From contig JABWCE010000003.1 of assembly GCA_013359235.1 (NCBI GenBank), positions 80,517 to 144,516 of the forward strand: DNA of 64,000 nucleotides, given 5' to 3'. Within the stretch, counting starts at the first letter, position 1, and every line of letters begins with the position of its first letter. The notes below the pieces were generated by a model. The model was not told where the DNA came from, ran no database searches, and saw only the letters and a program-made list of their open reading frames with translations. This document shows positions 31,504 to 41,567 of this stretch, one piece after another. The translations under genes and the position numbers were made by a program. The stretch comes from Bacteroidota bacterium. Its GTDB lineage: Bacteria > Bacteroidota > Bacteroidia > NS11-12g > UBA9320.

Positions 31504-34024
31504 TTTTACAGGATTAACGGACATTGAAGTTGCCGAAAACCGCTTAAAATATGGAGATAATGATGATGCAATAAATCAAAAAAATCAGTTTTTAAAAGGT
31601 CTATTGGATATAATTGGCGAACCGCTTTTTATAATTCTGGTTTTTACATCAATTATATATTTTATCCTCAACCAAACAAACGAGGGCATAATAATGCTGG
31701 TAGCTTTGATATTTGTAGCCAGTATATCACTTTATCAGGAAAACAAGAGTAATAATGCACTTAAAGAATTGAACAAAATAAGCGAACCCCTATCCAGAGT
31801 ATTACGAAACGGCATTGAAACCGAAATAAACAGCCAGCAAATTGTAGTAAATGATTTAATAATTGTAGAACAAGGAAATATTATACCGGCAGATGGTATA
31901 ATTGTAAAAAGTAGCGACTTTTCAGTAAATGAAAGTATTTTGACAGGCGAATCATTACCAGTTGCAAAAAATGCAGTTTTGAAAATCACAAATGAACCAA
32001 CTGAAATAAATAAAATTTATAAAGGGACGCTGGTTTATGAAGGTATGTGTATAGCTTTGGTAAAAGCAACCGGGAAAAATGCAGAAATAGGAAAAATTGG
32101 AAAAAAACTCGAAGAAACTGTTACATCAAAAAGCTCACTTCAAATACAAATAAAAAACTTTGTAAAAAAAATGGTTGTTATCGGTGTTATTGCATTTGTA
32201 ATAGTTTGGAGTATTAATTTCTATTTTACCAAAAATGTACTCACATCTTTACTTAGCGGACTTACACTTGCCATGTCAATACTTCCCGAAGAAATACCGG
32301 TTGCTTTCAGCACCTTTATGGCATTAGGAACTTATTATCTTTATAAAAAGAAAATAATAGTAAGAAACCCTCACACAGTAGAAACTCTTGGGGCAGCAAC
32401 AGTAATTTGTACCGATAAAACAGGTACAATTACACAAAATGAAATGCACCTTTCTGTAATTTACGATTTTAACAGCAACAAACTTTTTGATTTTACAAAA
32501 GAAGAATACAAATCAAATCAAGTTTTGGAATACGCCATGTGGGCATCAGAAACCAATCCTTATGACCAAATGGAAAAAAGTATTCACGAAGTTTTTTCAA
32601 TCACAAATACTCGTGACAAACGGACTGAATACAAAATGATATATGAATATCCTTTAAGCGGCAATCCTCCATTTATGACTCATATTTTTGAACAAATAAA
32701 TAATCAGCAAAACATTATCATTGCTTGCAAAGGAGCTGTTGAAAGTGTTTTGAAACAATGCAAATTAACTAATGAAAATTTATTGAAAATTTACAATAAT
32801 TACAATTTGCTTACTTCAAAAGGTTATAGAGTGCTTGCAGTTGCAAAATCAGAATATAAAGGTGTAAATTTCCCTACAACGCAATTTGAATTTGATTTTG
32901 ATTTTTTAGGGCTTACAGCATTTTACGACCCTCCAAAACCTAATATTAAAAAAGTAATTAATGAATTTTATAAAGCCGGAATTGAAGTAAAAATAATTAC
33001 TGGTGATAATGCTGATACAACATCTGCTATTGCTTCGCAAATTGATTTTGAACATGGAAACGAAATACTTACAGGCACACAAGTTTTAGCAATGACAATT
33101 GAAGAACTTAGAAAAAAGGTTGTAACTGTAAACATTTTTGCCAGAATGTTTCCTGATGCAAAACTAAAAGTAATAGAAGCATTGAAACAAAACAATGAAA
33201 TTGTAGCAATGACGGGTGACGGCGTTAATGATGCTCTGGCATTAAAAGCTGCTCACATCGGTATAGCTATGGGACAAAGAGGAAGCGAAGTAGCAAAAAA
33301 AGCTTCATCCTTGATTTTGATGAATGATGACCTCGAAAATATGGTTGATGCCATTGCACTTGGAAGAAGAATTTATGAAAATCTGAAAAAAGCCATTAGA
33401 TATATTATTTCTATTCATATACCTATAATTTTAATAGTAACAATCCCTTTGCTGTTGTTTTGGAAATACAAATTTATTTTTTTCCCGATACATGTTATTT
33501 TTCTTGAACTCATAATGGGACCAACCTGTTCAATCATATACGAACGCGAACCAATAGAAAAAGATTCAATGACAAAAAAACCACGTAAAATGCAGAATGA
33601 TTACTTTTCGTGGCACGAACTTTCGCTGAGTATAATTCAGGGGTTAGCAATTACAATGGCTTGTATGCTCTTGGGATATTTCTTTATGAAAAACAATTAC
33701 AGCGAAGAGTATGTGAGAACAATCGTTTTCTGTACTCTTATTTTTTGCAACATAATGCTCACATTAGTAAACCGTTCGTTTAATTATTCAATTTTTGAAA
33801 CAATAAAATACAAAAATTCACTTATACCATTAATAATTACCATTTCGCTTCTATTGCTTGCATCTTCAATTTTTATACAACCTGTAAGAGTAATATTCAG
33901 TTTTGAAATAATAAAATTCACAGATATATTAATATGTTTTGTGGCTGCATTTGCAGGTGTCAATTGGATAGAAATTTATAAATCACATTTAAGAAATATT
34001 AAGAAAAAAAAACAATTTGATTAA
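31496..34024 (+). CDS. Cation-translocating P-type ATPase (type II-like)
   Basis: TGES, PEEIP, ICTDKTGT, KGA, DPP, TGD, MTGDGVNDA. Confidence 0.95.
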   Translation: MDNFTGLTDIEVAENRLKYGDNDDAINQKNQFLKGLLDIIGEPLFIILVFTSIIYFILNQTNEGIIMLVALIFVASISLYQENKSNNALKELNKISEPLSRVLRNGIETEINSQQIVVNDLIIVEQGNIIPADGIIVKSSDFSVNESILTGESLPVAKNAVLKITNEPTEINKIYKGTLVYEGMCIALVKATGKNAEIGKIGKKLEETVTSKSSLQIQIKNFVKKMVVIGVIAFVIVWSINFYFTKNVLTSLLSGLTLAMSILPEEIPVAFSTFMALGTYYLYKKKIIVRNPHTVETLGAATVICTDKTGTITQNEMHLSVIYDFNSNKLFDFTKEEYKSNQVLEYAMWASETNPYDQMEKSIHEVFSITNTRDKRTEYKMIYEYPLSGNPPFMTHIFEQINNQQNIIIACKGAVESVLKQCKLTNENLLKIYNNYNLLTSKGYRVLAVAKSEYKGVNFPTTQFEFDFDFLGLTAFYDPPKPNIKKVINEFYKAGIEVKIITGDNADTTSAIASQIDFEHGNEILTGTQVLAMTIEELRKKVVTVNIFARMFPDAKLKVIEALKQNNEIVAMTGDGVNDALALKAAHIGIAMGQRGSEVAKKASSLILMNDDLENMVDAIALGRRIYENLKKAIRYIISIHIPIILIVTIPLLLFWKYKFIFFPIHVIFLELIMGPTCSIIYEREPIEKDSMTKKPRKMQNDYFSWHELSLSIIQGLAITMACMLLGYFFMKNNYSEEYVRTIVFCTLIFCNIMLTLVNRSFNYSIFETIKYKNSLIPLIITISLLLLASSIFIQPVRVIFSFEIIKFTDILICFVAAFAGVNWIEIYKSHLRNIKKKKQFD

Positions 34025-34139
34025 GCCAATTTGATATATCAAAAAAAATCAAATCTGATTAAATAAAATACTAAGTTTCACTGTATTTTTATTATTTGAG
34101 TTAATTTGAGAAAATAGTTCAAAATCTTATTTTCGCAGC

Positions 34140-35198
34140 ATGTCAAAATACATTTGCGGAATCCAACAGATTGGTTTAGGAGTTTCAGATATAAATAAAT
34201 CATGGGATTGGTACAGCAAAAAATTAAAGATAAATGTTCCCGTTTTTGAAGAAGCGGCACAAGCAGCTTTAATGACAAAATACACAGGTGGAAATGTTCA
34301 TCTTCGTCATGCAATATTGGCAATAAGCATGGGAGGCGGAGGTGGTTTTGAAATTTGGCAATATACAAGCCGCACACCACAACCGGCTGAATTTGAGATT
34401 TTACCTGGCGACATTGGTTTTTTATTTCCAAAAATTCGTTGTAGAGATATATATAAAACTTTTGATGAATTTAATAAAACAGGAATTGAAGTTTGCGGAA
34501 AAATAATTGAAAATATAGGCACTCATAAATATTTTTTTATAAAAGATAATTGCGGTAATGTTTTGCAGATAATAGAAAACAATTCGTGGATGACAGAAAG
34601 CGATGACCTTACGGGAGGCATTTGTGGAGTAGCAATAGGTGTAAGCAATATTGAAAACTCCTTAAAACTTTACAAAAACATACTTGGCTATGATACTGTA
34701 AAATACGATACACAAGGCAAAAGCTTAGATATGCAATCAATTGGCGGCGGAGATTATAACTATCGCAGAGTGCTATTAAAACACAGTACCAAACGCAGTG
34801 GAGCATTTAGCCATTTGCTAAGAGAAACCGAAATAGAACTAATAGAAGTGCAAAACCGCACACCCCGTAAAATATTTGAAAACCGCTACTGGGGCGATTT
34901 GGGCTATATCCATCTCTGTTTTGATGTATCTGACATGAGCAAACTCAAAGAAGAACTTGAGAAAAATGGATTTAATTTTACTGTTGACAGCAGTTCGAGT
35001 TTTGATATGGGCGAAGCAGCCGGACATTTTACATATATTGAAGATCCTGACGGAAATCTCATAGAGTTTGTTGAAACTCATAAAATACCTGTATTAAAAA
35101 AAATAGGATTTTATATAAACCTTCAAAAACGCAATAAATTTAAGCCACTTCCAAAATGGATGCTTAAACTTTTAAAATACAACAAGCGAAAAAACTGA
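34140..35198 (+). CDS. VOC (glyoxalase-like) family protein, two domains
   Basis: QIGLGVSDI..S, FEIWQY, GVAIGVSNIE, IELIE, HLCFDVSD, EDPDGNLIEFVE. Confidence 0.85.
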   Translation: MSKYICGIQQIGLGVSDINKSWDWYSKKLKINVPVFEEAAQAALMTKYTGGNVHLRHAILAISMGGGGGFEIWQYTSRTPQPAEFEILPGDIGFLFPKIRCRDIYKTFDEFNKTGIEVCGKIIENIGTHKYFFIKDNCGNVLQIIENNSWMTESDDLTGGICGVAIGVSNIENSLKLYKNILGYDTVKYDTQGKSLDMQSIGGGDYNYRRVLLKHSTKRSGAFSHLLRETEIELIEVQNRTPRKIFENRYWGDLGYIHLCFDVSDMSKLKEELEKNGFNFTVDSSSSFDMGEAAGHFTYIEDPDGNLIEFVETHKIPVLKKIGFYINLQKRNKFKPLPKWMLKLLKYNKRKN

Positions 35199-35205
35199 TT
35201 TTTGC

Positions 35206-36885
35206 TTATCTCCTTTTTCGGGAAGAAGCAGGTTCTACCTTGAGACGGCGGTTTTTCCAGTCAAATTTGTTAATCTTATTAAGTACTGCTTTTAGCGAAG
35301 ATTTTTCAATCTCAAAAAAACTAAATTTATCCAAAATCTCAATTTTGCCAAATTGCACTCTTTTTCCATTGCAGCATTCATTTACAATTCCCATTAACCT
35401 TTGAGGATTGAGTTCGTCCATTTTTCCGCAGTTTATAAACAATCTTTCAAAATCTTCGTCATCTTGTCTGCCATAGCTTTTTGCTCTTCCTCTGTCATTT
35501 CCTCTTCGGTCTCTATCTCTGCCTCCTCTTCTTTCATCCGAGTAACTATTTGATTCTTCAGGTACATTTAAACTTGACGAATTTTTATAGTAAACCAAAA
35601 ACCTGTGAAATTCTTCAGATACTATTTTTCTAATCAAATCTTCGCGTGTAATATTTTTAAACCTTTCAAAAATTTCGGGCAGAAAAGTCTCTATATCTTT
35701 ATCTTTGGTTTCAGTTTGTTCAATTTTATCAATTAGGTTAAATAATTGAACTTTGCAAATTTCTGAACCTTCGGGAATAAGTTTCTTTTCAAATTTTTTC
35801 TTTATAAGGTTTTCGATAAATTTAATTTTGGGTTTTTCTTTTGAATTTACCAAAACAATCGAAATTCCAGTCTTTCCGGCTCTACCTGTACGTCCGCTTC
35901 TGTGGGTATAGGTTTCGCTTTCATCAGGCAAATTGTAATTTATAACATGTGTAAGGCTATCAACATCTATACCCCTTGCAGCAACATCAGTAGCTACCAA
36001 TAAATTCAGGTTTTTATTTCTGAACTTTTCCATTACCCTATCGCGTTGTTGCTGGCTCAAATCTCCATGTAAAGGTTCTGCATTATATCCGTCTTCTATT
36101 AATTTATCAGCCACTTTTTGTGTATCAATTTTTGTTTTACAAAAAATAATACCGTAAACACCGGGATAAAAATCTGCTATTCTTTTCAATGCCAGATAGC
36201 GGTCTTTTTCGCGAATGTAATAATAGTGATGTTCAACCTGTTCTGATGAAACATTTTTTTCGCCAACGGCAATTTCTACAGGATCTATCATGTATTTGCG
36301 GGCAATTTTTTGAATTTCTCTTGGCATTGTTGCACTAAAGAGCATTGTGGTACGGTCGGCAGGGCAACTTGCCAAAATCAGGTTTATAGCATCAATAAAA
36401 CCCATGTTAAGCATTTCATCGGCTTCATCAAGCACAAGAATTTCAATAGTTGAAAGGTTAGCAGCCTTTCTTTCAATAAGGTCAAGTAATCTTCCGGGTG
36501 TAGCAATTAGTATGTTTACACCTTGTTTTAGCTCTCTGATTTGATTAGAAATATTTGTACCACCATAAACTGAAAGCACTTTTACATTCTTTAAATATTT
36601 TGAGTAATTCTCAATATCTTTGGCTATTTGCATACACAATTCGCGTGTGGGTGCAAGTACAAGCGAAGTTGGAGTTTTTACTTTTGTATCTGTCCACTCT
36701 AACAGTGGCAAGCCGAAAGCAGCGGTTTTTCCTGTACCTGTTTGTGCAAGACCTACAATATCCCGCCTGTTTTGCAAAACTTCGGGTATTACTTTTGCCT
36801 GTATTGGAGTTGGTGTTACAAAACCGAGTTCTTCAATGCCTTTTAATATTTCGGGTTTTAAACCGAATTCTTTAAAATTTGTCAT
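35206..36885 (-). CDS. deaD: DEAD-box RNA helicase with DbpA-type C-terminal RNA-binding domain
   Basis: AQTGTGKT, PTREL, TPGR, DEAD, SAT, ARGID, HRSGRTGRAG. Confidence 0.93.
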   Translation of the reverse strand: MTNFKEFGLKPEILKGIEELGFVTPTPIQAKVIPEVLQNRRDIVGLAQTGTGKTAAFGLPLLEWTDTKVKTPTSLVLAPTRELCMQIAKDIENYSKYLKNVKVLSVYGGTNISNQIRELKQGVNILIATPGRLLDLIERKAANLSTIEILVLDEADEMLNMGFIDAINLILASCPADRTTMLFSATMPREIQKIARKYMIDPVEIAVGEKNVSSEQVEHHYYYIREKDRYLALKRIADFYPGVYGIIFCKTKIDTQKVADKLIEDGYNAEPLHGDLSQQQRDRVMEKFRNKNLNLLVATDVAARGIDVDSLTHVINYNLPDESETYTHRSGRTGRAGKTGISIVLVNSKEKPKIKFIENLIKKKFEKKLIPEGSEICKVQLFNLIDKIEQTETKDKDIETFLPEIFERFKNITREDLIRKIVSEEFHRFLVYYKNSSSLNVPEESNSYSDERRGGRDRDRRGNDRGRAKSYGRQDDEDFERLFINCGKMDELNPQRLMGIVNECCNGKRVQFGKIEILDKFSFFEIEKSSLKAVLNKINKFDWKNRRLKVEPASSRKRR

Positions 36886-36928
36886 TTTTTGTTTTTTATT
36901 TTATTTTGATTTTTTTAAATATTTTTAA

Positions 36929-36968
36929 TTCTTGTTATTGCGATGTTTGAAAAAATTTATAACAAGAA
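36929..36968. repeat. 10-bp inverted repeat between fbp and the helicase
   Basis: TTCTTGTTAT-N20-ATAACAAGAA. Confidence 0.5.
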
Positions 36969-36986
36969 ATGTTATTTTGATGATTT

Positions 36987-38012
36987 TTAAATACTTTGAA
37001 CAGAGTTACTTTGGTACATTTCTATTGCTTGTTCTACCATTTCTTTCGAACCTGTAAAAAGTGGTACTCTTTGGTGTAGTTTTTCGGGTATAATTTCTAA
37101 AATTCGTTCGTTTCCTGTGCTTGCAATTCCTCCGGCTTGTTCGGCTATAAATGCTAATGGATTACATTCATACATAAGTCTCAATTTGCCATTTGGTGAT
37201 TTTACTGTTGGGGGATAAATAAAAATCCCTCCACGCAATAAATTGCGGTGAAAATCTGCAATCAACGAACCAATGTATCTTGCAGAATAAGGACGTTTAG
37301 TACTTTTGTCATTTTCTTTACAATAACTAATGTAATTTTTTACACCATCAGGAAATTCGTTATAATTTCCTTCATTTATTGAGTAAATACTACCTTTTTC
37401 AGGTATTTTAATATTGGGATGACTCAAGCAAAATTCGCCTATTGAACTATCTAAAGTAAAACCATTAACTCCATTGCCTGTTGAATATACAAGCATAGTG
37501 CTTGAGCCATAAATTATATACCCTGCAGCAATTTGATTTTCTCCTTTTTGAAGGCAATCATCCATGGTTACTTCATCATGTACATCTGAAAATCGCTTAT
37601 AAATGCTAAAAATTGTTCCAATCGAAGCATTTACATCAATATTGCTACTGCCGTCAAGCGGGTCAATAGCTATTATATACTTAGATTTATTACTGCCGGG
37701 GTTTTTAATTCTGATAATATCTTCATTTTCTTCTGATAGTATTGCGCAGCAATCACCTCCAAGCGAAAGTGCTGCAATGTATTCTTCGTTGGCAATAACA
37801 TCAAGTTTTTTTACTTCTTCACCTTGTACATTTATTGAACCATGAGTTCCAAGTATATCAACAAGACCTGCTTTGCGTATATCGCGGTTTACAATTTTTG
37901 CAGCAATAATTATATCTAAAAACAATTTAGAGAGGTCTCCTGTTGCATCGGGAAACTGCATTTGCTGTTCAGAAATAAATTGGGATATGGTTGTGACTTT
38001 TTTTGTTTTCAT
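36987..38012 (-). CDS. fbp: Class 1 fructose-1,6-bisphosphatase
   Basis: [42 protein letters not shown]. Confidence 0.97.
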   Translation of the reverse strand: MKTKKVTTISQFISEQQMQFPDATGDLSKLFLDIIIAAKIVNRDIRKAGLVDILGTHGSINVQGEEVKKLDVIANEEYIAALSLGGDCCAILSEENEDIIRIKNPGSNKSKYIIAIDPLDGSSNIDVNASIGTIFSIYKRFSDVHDEVTMDDCLQKGENQIAAGYIIYGSSTMLVYSTGNGVNGFTLDSSIGEFCLSHPNIKIPEKGSIYSINEGNYNEFPDGVKNYISYCKENDKSTKRPYSARYIGSLIADFHRNLLRGGIFIYPPTVKSPNGKLRLMYECNPLAFIAEQAGGIASTGNERILEIIPEKLHQRVPLFTGSKEMVEQAIEMYQSNSVQSI

Positions 38013-38113
38013 CTCTATTTTTTAAACTTTATGTGCCAATATTTTAAAAAAAACAGAGTGAAGAATATAAAGTTGTAAAGCCTGACACACTGTATTTTTT
38101 CAAAATCAGGGTG

Positions 38114-38121
38114 CAAATATA
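38114..38121 (-). promoter_or_regulatory. -7 promoter element for fbp (about 95-nt leader)
   Basis: TATATTTG followed by CACCC on the minus strand. Confidence 0.6.
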
Positions 38122-38153
38122 GATAAAAAATGCCAACTATTCGCTAATAGGTT

Positions 38154-39161
38154 TTATTTGCAATATTTGTCAGAAAAATCTTTAGCCATATTATTGCATT
38201 TTTCAAAGGCTTTGCATGCTTCTGTAATATTACCCAGATTTATTTCGGCTATTCCAATATTAAAATAAAGCAAATCTTTTTCTTCAAAATTAAAAAGTTC
38301 TGCCATATTAAAATCTTTTTTAGCATTTTCATATTCATTTATTTGCATATAAAAAATTGCCCTGTCAAAAAACATACGGGCATCATTGTGATTTATTTTT
38401 ATAGCACACGAATAATCTTCAATTGCGGCACTGTATATGTCTAAAGCAGCATAAGATTCGCCTCTTTTTATGTATGCGATGTAGTTTGTTTTATCATTTA
38501 TTATATATACATTATAATCTTCAATTGCTTTGTTGTAATTTTTAATACTCATATAATAATTTCCCCTCAAAAGAAATAGTTCATAGTTTTCGGGTTTCAG
38601 TTCAATTGCTTTTGTCAAATCTTGAATTGCTCCCAAAGTATCAAACATTTTATATTTCACTGCACTTCTGGTAGTGTATTGTTGCGAGGTTAATGGTAAA
38701 AAATCAAGATATTGAAGTAAATCTTTTACGGCTTCCTCATTTTTATTCAATTTTTCGTAAGTATTGCTTCGGGCAAGGTATGCTTCGGCATCGTCGGGAT
38801 TTTGAGTAATGTATTTGTCAAAATCTAATAAAGCATTTTTATAATCTTTGGTCATGTAACTAATAAATCCACGATTAAAATAGGCTTCATTCAAATCGGG
38901 GTTTATTGTTATTGCGGTATTAATATCTTTAAAAGCTTCGGGAAAATCTAAAAGCTCGCCATATACAGTACCTCGTCCTAAATAAGCTTCGGCAAATTCG
39001 GGCTTTAATGAAATTGCTCGAGTAAAATCTTTAATAGCACCAAGCATATTGCCTTCTTCCATTTTATTATTTGCACTTTCAACTAATTGCTCGGCAGTTT
39101 GCGCTATTGTGTTTATTGAAAAAAATATTAAAAATAATATATAAGTTAAAATTCTCATCAA
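38154..39161 (-). CDS. Exported tetratricopeptide repeat protein
   Basis: Signal peptide ending TIA-Q; repeated AY..RG and A..D...AI..P TPR units. Confidence 0.9.
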   Translation of the reverse strand: MMRILTYILFLIFFSINTIAQTAEQLVESANNKMEEGNMLGAIKDFTRAISLKPEFAEAYLGRGTVYGELLDFPEAFKDINTAITINPDLNEAYFNRGFISYMTKDYKNALLDFDKYITQNPDDAEAYLARSNTYEKLNKNEEAVKDLLQYLDFLPLTSQQYTTRSAVKYKMFDTLGAIQDLTKAIELKPENYELFLLRGNYYMSIKNYNKAIEDYNVYIINDKTNYIAYIKRGESYAALDIYSAAIEDYSCAIKINHNDARMFFDRAIFYMQINEYENAKKDFNMAELFNFEEKDLLYFNIGIAEINLGNITEACKAFEKCNNMAKDFSDKYCK

Positions 39162-39277
39162 AAATTATTTTTTATTAAATAACGTAAAACAAAGTTAGTT
39201 CTAATATAAATACCATTGTTTATAGTTTATTCCACACAATAAATATTAAATACATATAATTGTACACTTTAAAAGCA

Positions 39278-40009
39278 ATGAAGTCAAAAAAGCATAAACT
39301 TTTTGTGGTTTTATCAGGCATTTTTATAATTAATGTAATTCTTGCAGAGTTTATAGGGGTAAAGATTTTTTCACTTGAGTCAACTATTGGTATTGCTCAA
39401 GCAAAAATACCAATATTAGGAAATGATTTTTCGTTTGATCTTACAGCAGGTGTTTTGCTTTGGCCTGTAGTCTTTGTACTTACAGATATTATAAATGAAC
39501 ATTTTGGTGTAAAAGGTGTAAAATTTATTTCGTGGCTTACTTCAATTTTGGTTTTTTATGCTTTTGTTTTAACGTTTTTTGCAATAAAACTCACGCCGGC
39601 AGCTTGGTGGGAAACTACAAACAAAAAAGTAGGAGTTGACAATATGCAATTAGCATTTAAAGCTGTTTTCGGTCAAAGCAACTGGATTATATTAGGTTCA
39701 TTAACTGCTTTTTTAGTAGGACAAATATTAGATGCTTTAATTTTTCAAAAAATAAAGACAATGCTCAACAATAAAATGCTTTGGTTTAGAGCAACTGTTT
39801 CTACCATTATTTCTCAATTTATTGATAGTTATTTGGTTCTTTTTATAGCTTTTTATCTTGGCAGCAATTGGAGTTTTAAAACTGTTATGAGTATTGGTAC
39901 AGGAAACTACATTTATAAATTCATTGTTGCATTGCTTATGATACCCTTATTGTATTTTATACATTATCTAATAAATAAATATTTAAAATCTGATGAAATA
40001 AAAAAATAA
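39278..40009 (+). CDS. Queuosine precursor transporter (YhhQ/Vut_1 family)
   Basis: GVKIF, WPVVFVLTDIINE.FG, AFLVGQILD, RATVSTIISQFIDS; start placed at ATG 39278. Confidence 0.88.
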   Translation: MKSKKHKLFVVLSGIFIINVILAEFIGVKIFSLESTIGIAQAKIPILGNDFSFDLTAGVLLWPVVFVLTDIINEHFGVKGVKFISWLTSILVFYAFVLTFFAIKLTPAAWWETTNKKVGVDNMQLAFKAVFGQSNWIILGSLTAFLVGQILDALIFQKIKTMLNNKMLWFRATVSTIISQFIDSYLVLFIAFYLGSNWSFKTVMSIGTGNYIYKFIVALLMIPLLYFIHYLINKYLKSDEIKK

Positions 40010-40019
40010 TAATCTAAGG

Positions 40020-41513
40020 TTATTTATCAACCCTTACCAAACCGGCTTTTGCTCTTTGTTCAAGACTATTTTCATATTCTTTGTTTTTAGTAAAAGTTAA
40101 AGCTTTTTTATAGTATTTTTTTGCATTTTCGGTATCTTTTAGCAATTCGTATATTGTAGCAGTTTCTATGCAGGCAGAGGTTGCAAAATAATGAGGAAGA
40201 TTTTGCCCTTCATCTATAACAATTTTATAGTGCATTATTGCAAAATCGTTTTTTCCCATTTTCTGATATATTCTACCCAAACGGTAATTGAATTCTATTT
40301 TATCACGAGTTTCCGAAAAATTTTTTACACTTTTATTTTCAAGTTCTTTCAACGCCCTTTCCAGATAACCTCCATCACATAACAACCGCGACCTCAAAAG
40401 TGAAATATTAGGAATATAACTTGAACTTGCACTCTTTTGTGCTTGCTTGTCTTCGTCAGTAAAATTGTATCCCATTTTATTTATTTTAGCATTATAATAC
40501 TTGTACTTTTCATATTCGCCATTAATAAGGTAATGCCATGACAACTTTTGCAAAGCACTTTTTATATAATTTCTACCCTTAAATTTTGTAATGTATTCTT
40601 TTAAATAATAGTCAGCATTTTCGTCCAATCGCGAAAGTTTACTTACACCGAGCAAGTAATTACAAAATTCTAAATTCACATAATCTTTCCCTTTAGGGCG
40701 GTTGCTCAATACCTCAATTGCTTCCTCGTTTTTATTAATTTTTATAAGAAAAGATGCTCTGAGATAGCTGCTAAACAGATTTATTTTCCAGTCTTCAGTA
40801 CATTTGTCTAAAATATTCCAAGCCTTCAACTCATCATGTAAAACATAATTATATAAACCACCTTCGAAAATGCGTGCTTCAAGCTTAAACTTTTGCCACT
40901 CGCTTGTTTCGGTTAATTTTGCTTCCGAAATTTTTTTTATAGTTTTCATACCTTCTTTTACTGAAGGTTCTATTCCAAACAAAGTAACCAACCATTTGTA
41001 ATAACCGGGCATAGTTCCCGAAAATGTTTGAATAACACCCAAAATTGTGTTGTTTGGTAAAAAATCGGGATATTTTTTGTTATTTTCTTTTAGTAAAATA
41101 TACGCTTCGCGAATATTTGAGCCTGCCGAAAAATAATCTTCAAACTTAAATTGAGTTATACCAAAAAAAAACAATAGTTGCCCTTTAAAAAACTTACCAT
41201 AAGGCGATTTCACTGCTTTTTTATCAATAAGTTTTAAATTTTGTTTAATATTTGTGCTGAGTTTTTTATAGTCTTTTTCATTTTCATTTATAAAAACCTT
41301 TACAATTTCACACAATGATTTCAGGTAATACACAGCAGCATTGTCTTTACTTGATTTTATTTCTTGTTCAATAATAATATCAGCTTGAGGCAGTTTTAGC
41401 TTATAAATATCTTCGAAGGCAGAATTTATATTACTATTAAATTCAACTTTTGCCTTGGTTGTAAAACAACCAATACCCAACCCTAAGAAAATTATTAATT
41501 TGAAAATTTTCAT
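40020..41513 (-). CDS. Exported TPR-like all-helical protein
   Basis: Signal peptide, helical repeats, C-terminal YRLGRIY and SLEQRAKAG. Confidence 0.7.
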   Translation of the reverse strand: MKIFKLIIFLGLGIGCFTTKAKVEFNSNINSAFEDIYKLKLPQADIIIEQEIKSSKDNAAVYYLKSLCEIVKVFINENEKDYKKLSTNIKQNLKLIDKKAVKSPYGKFFKGQLLFFFGITQFKFEDYFSAGSNIREAYILLKENNKKYPDFLPNNTILGVIQTFSGTMPGYYKWLVTLFGIEPSVKEGMKTIKKISEAKLTETSEWQKFKLEARIFEGGLYNYVLHDELKAWNILDKCTEDWKINLFSSYLRASFLIKINKNEEAIEVLSNRPKGKDYVNLEFCNYLLGVSKLSRLDENADYYLKEYITKFKGRNYIKSALQKLSWHYLINGEYEKYKYYNAKINKMGYNFTDEDKQAQKSASSSYIPNISLLRSRLLCDGGYLERALKELENKSVKNFSETRDKIEFNYRLGRIYQKMGKNDFAIMHYKIVIDEGQNLPHYFATSACIETATIYELLKDTENAKKYYKKALTFTKNKEYENSLEQRAKAGLVRVDK

Positions 41514-41520
41514 ATAAAAT

Positions 41521-41547
41521 AAAAAGGGACTGGTTTCCCAATCCCTT
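41521..41547 (-). terminator. Intrinsic terminator after the nif3 - zinc ribbon operon
   Basis: GGGAUUGG-GAAA-CCAGUCCC followed by a U-run on the minus strand. Confidence 0.8.
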
Positions 41548-41567
41548 CAAATATTGAATTATTTTTT

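Noticed and set aside
34030-34043. TTTGATATATCAAA as an FNR box
   Set aside because: The spacer between TTGAT and ATCAA is 2 nt rather than 4, and it lies right after a stop codon in very AT-rich DNA.
39162-39277. preQ1 riboswitch upstream of the queuosine precursor transporter
   Set aside because: No recognisable preQ1 stem-loop with its conserved core and A-rich tail.
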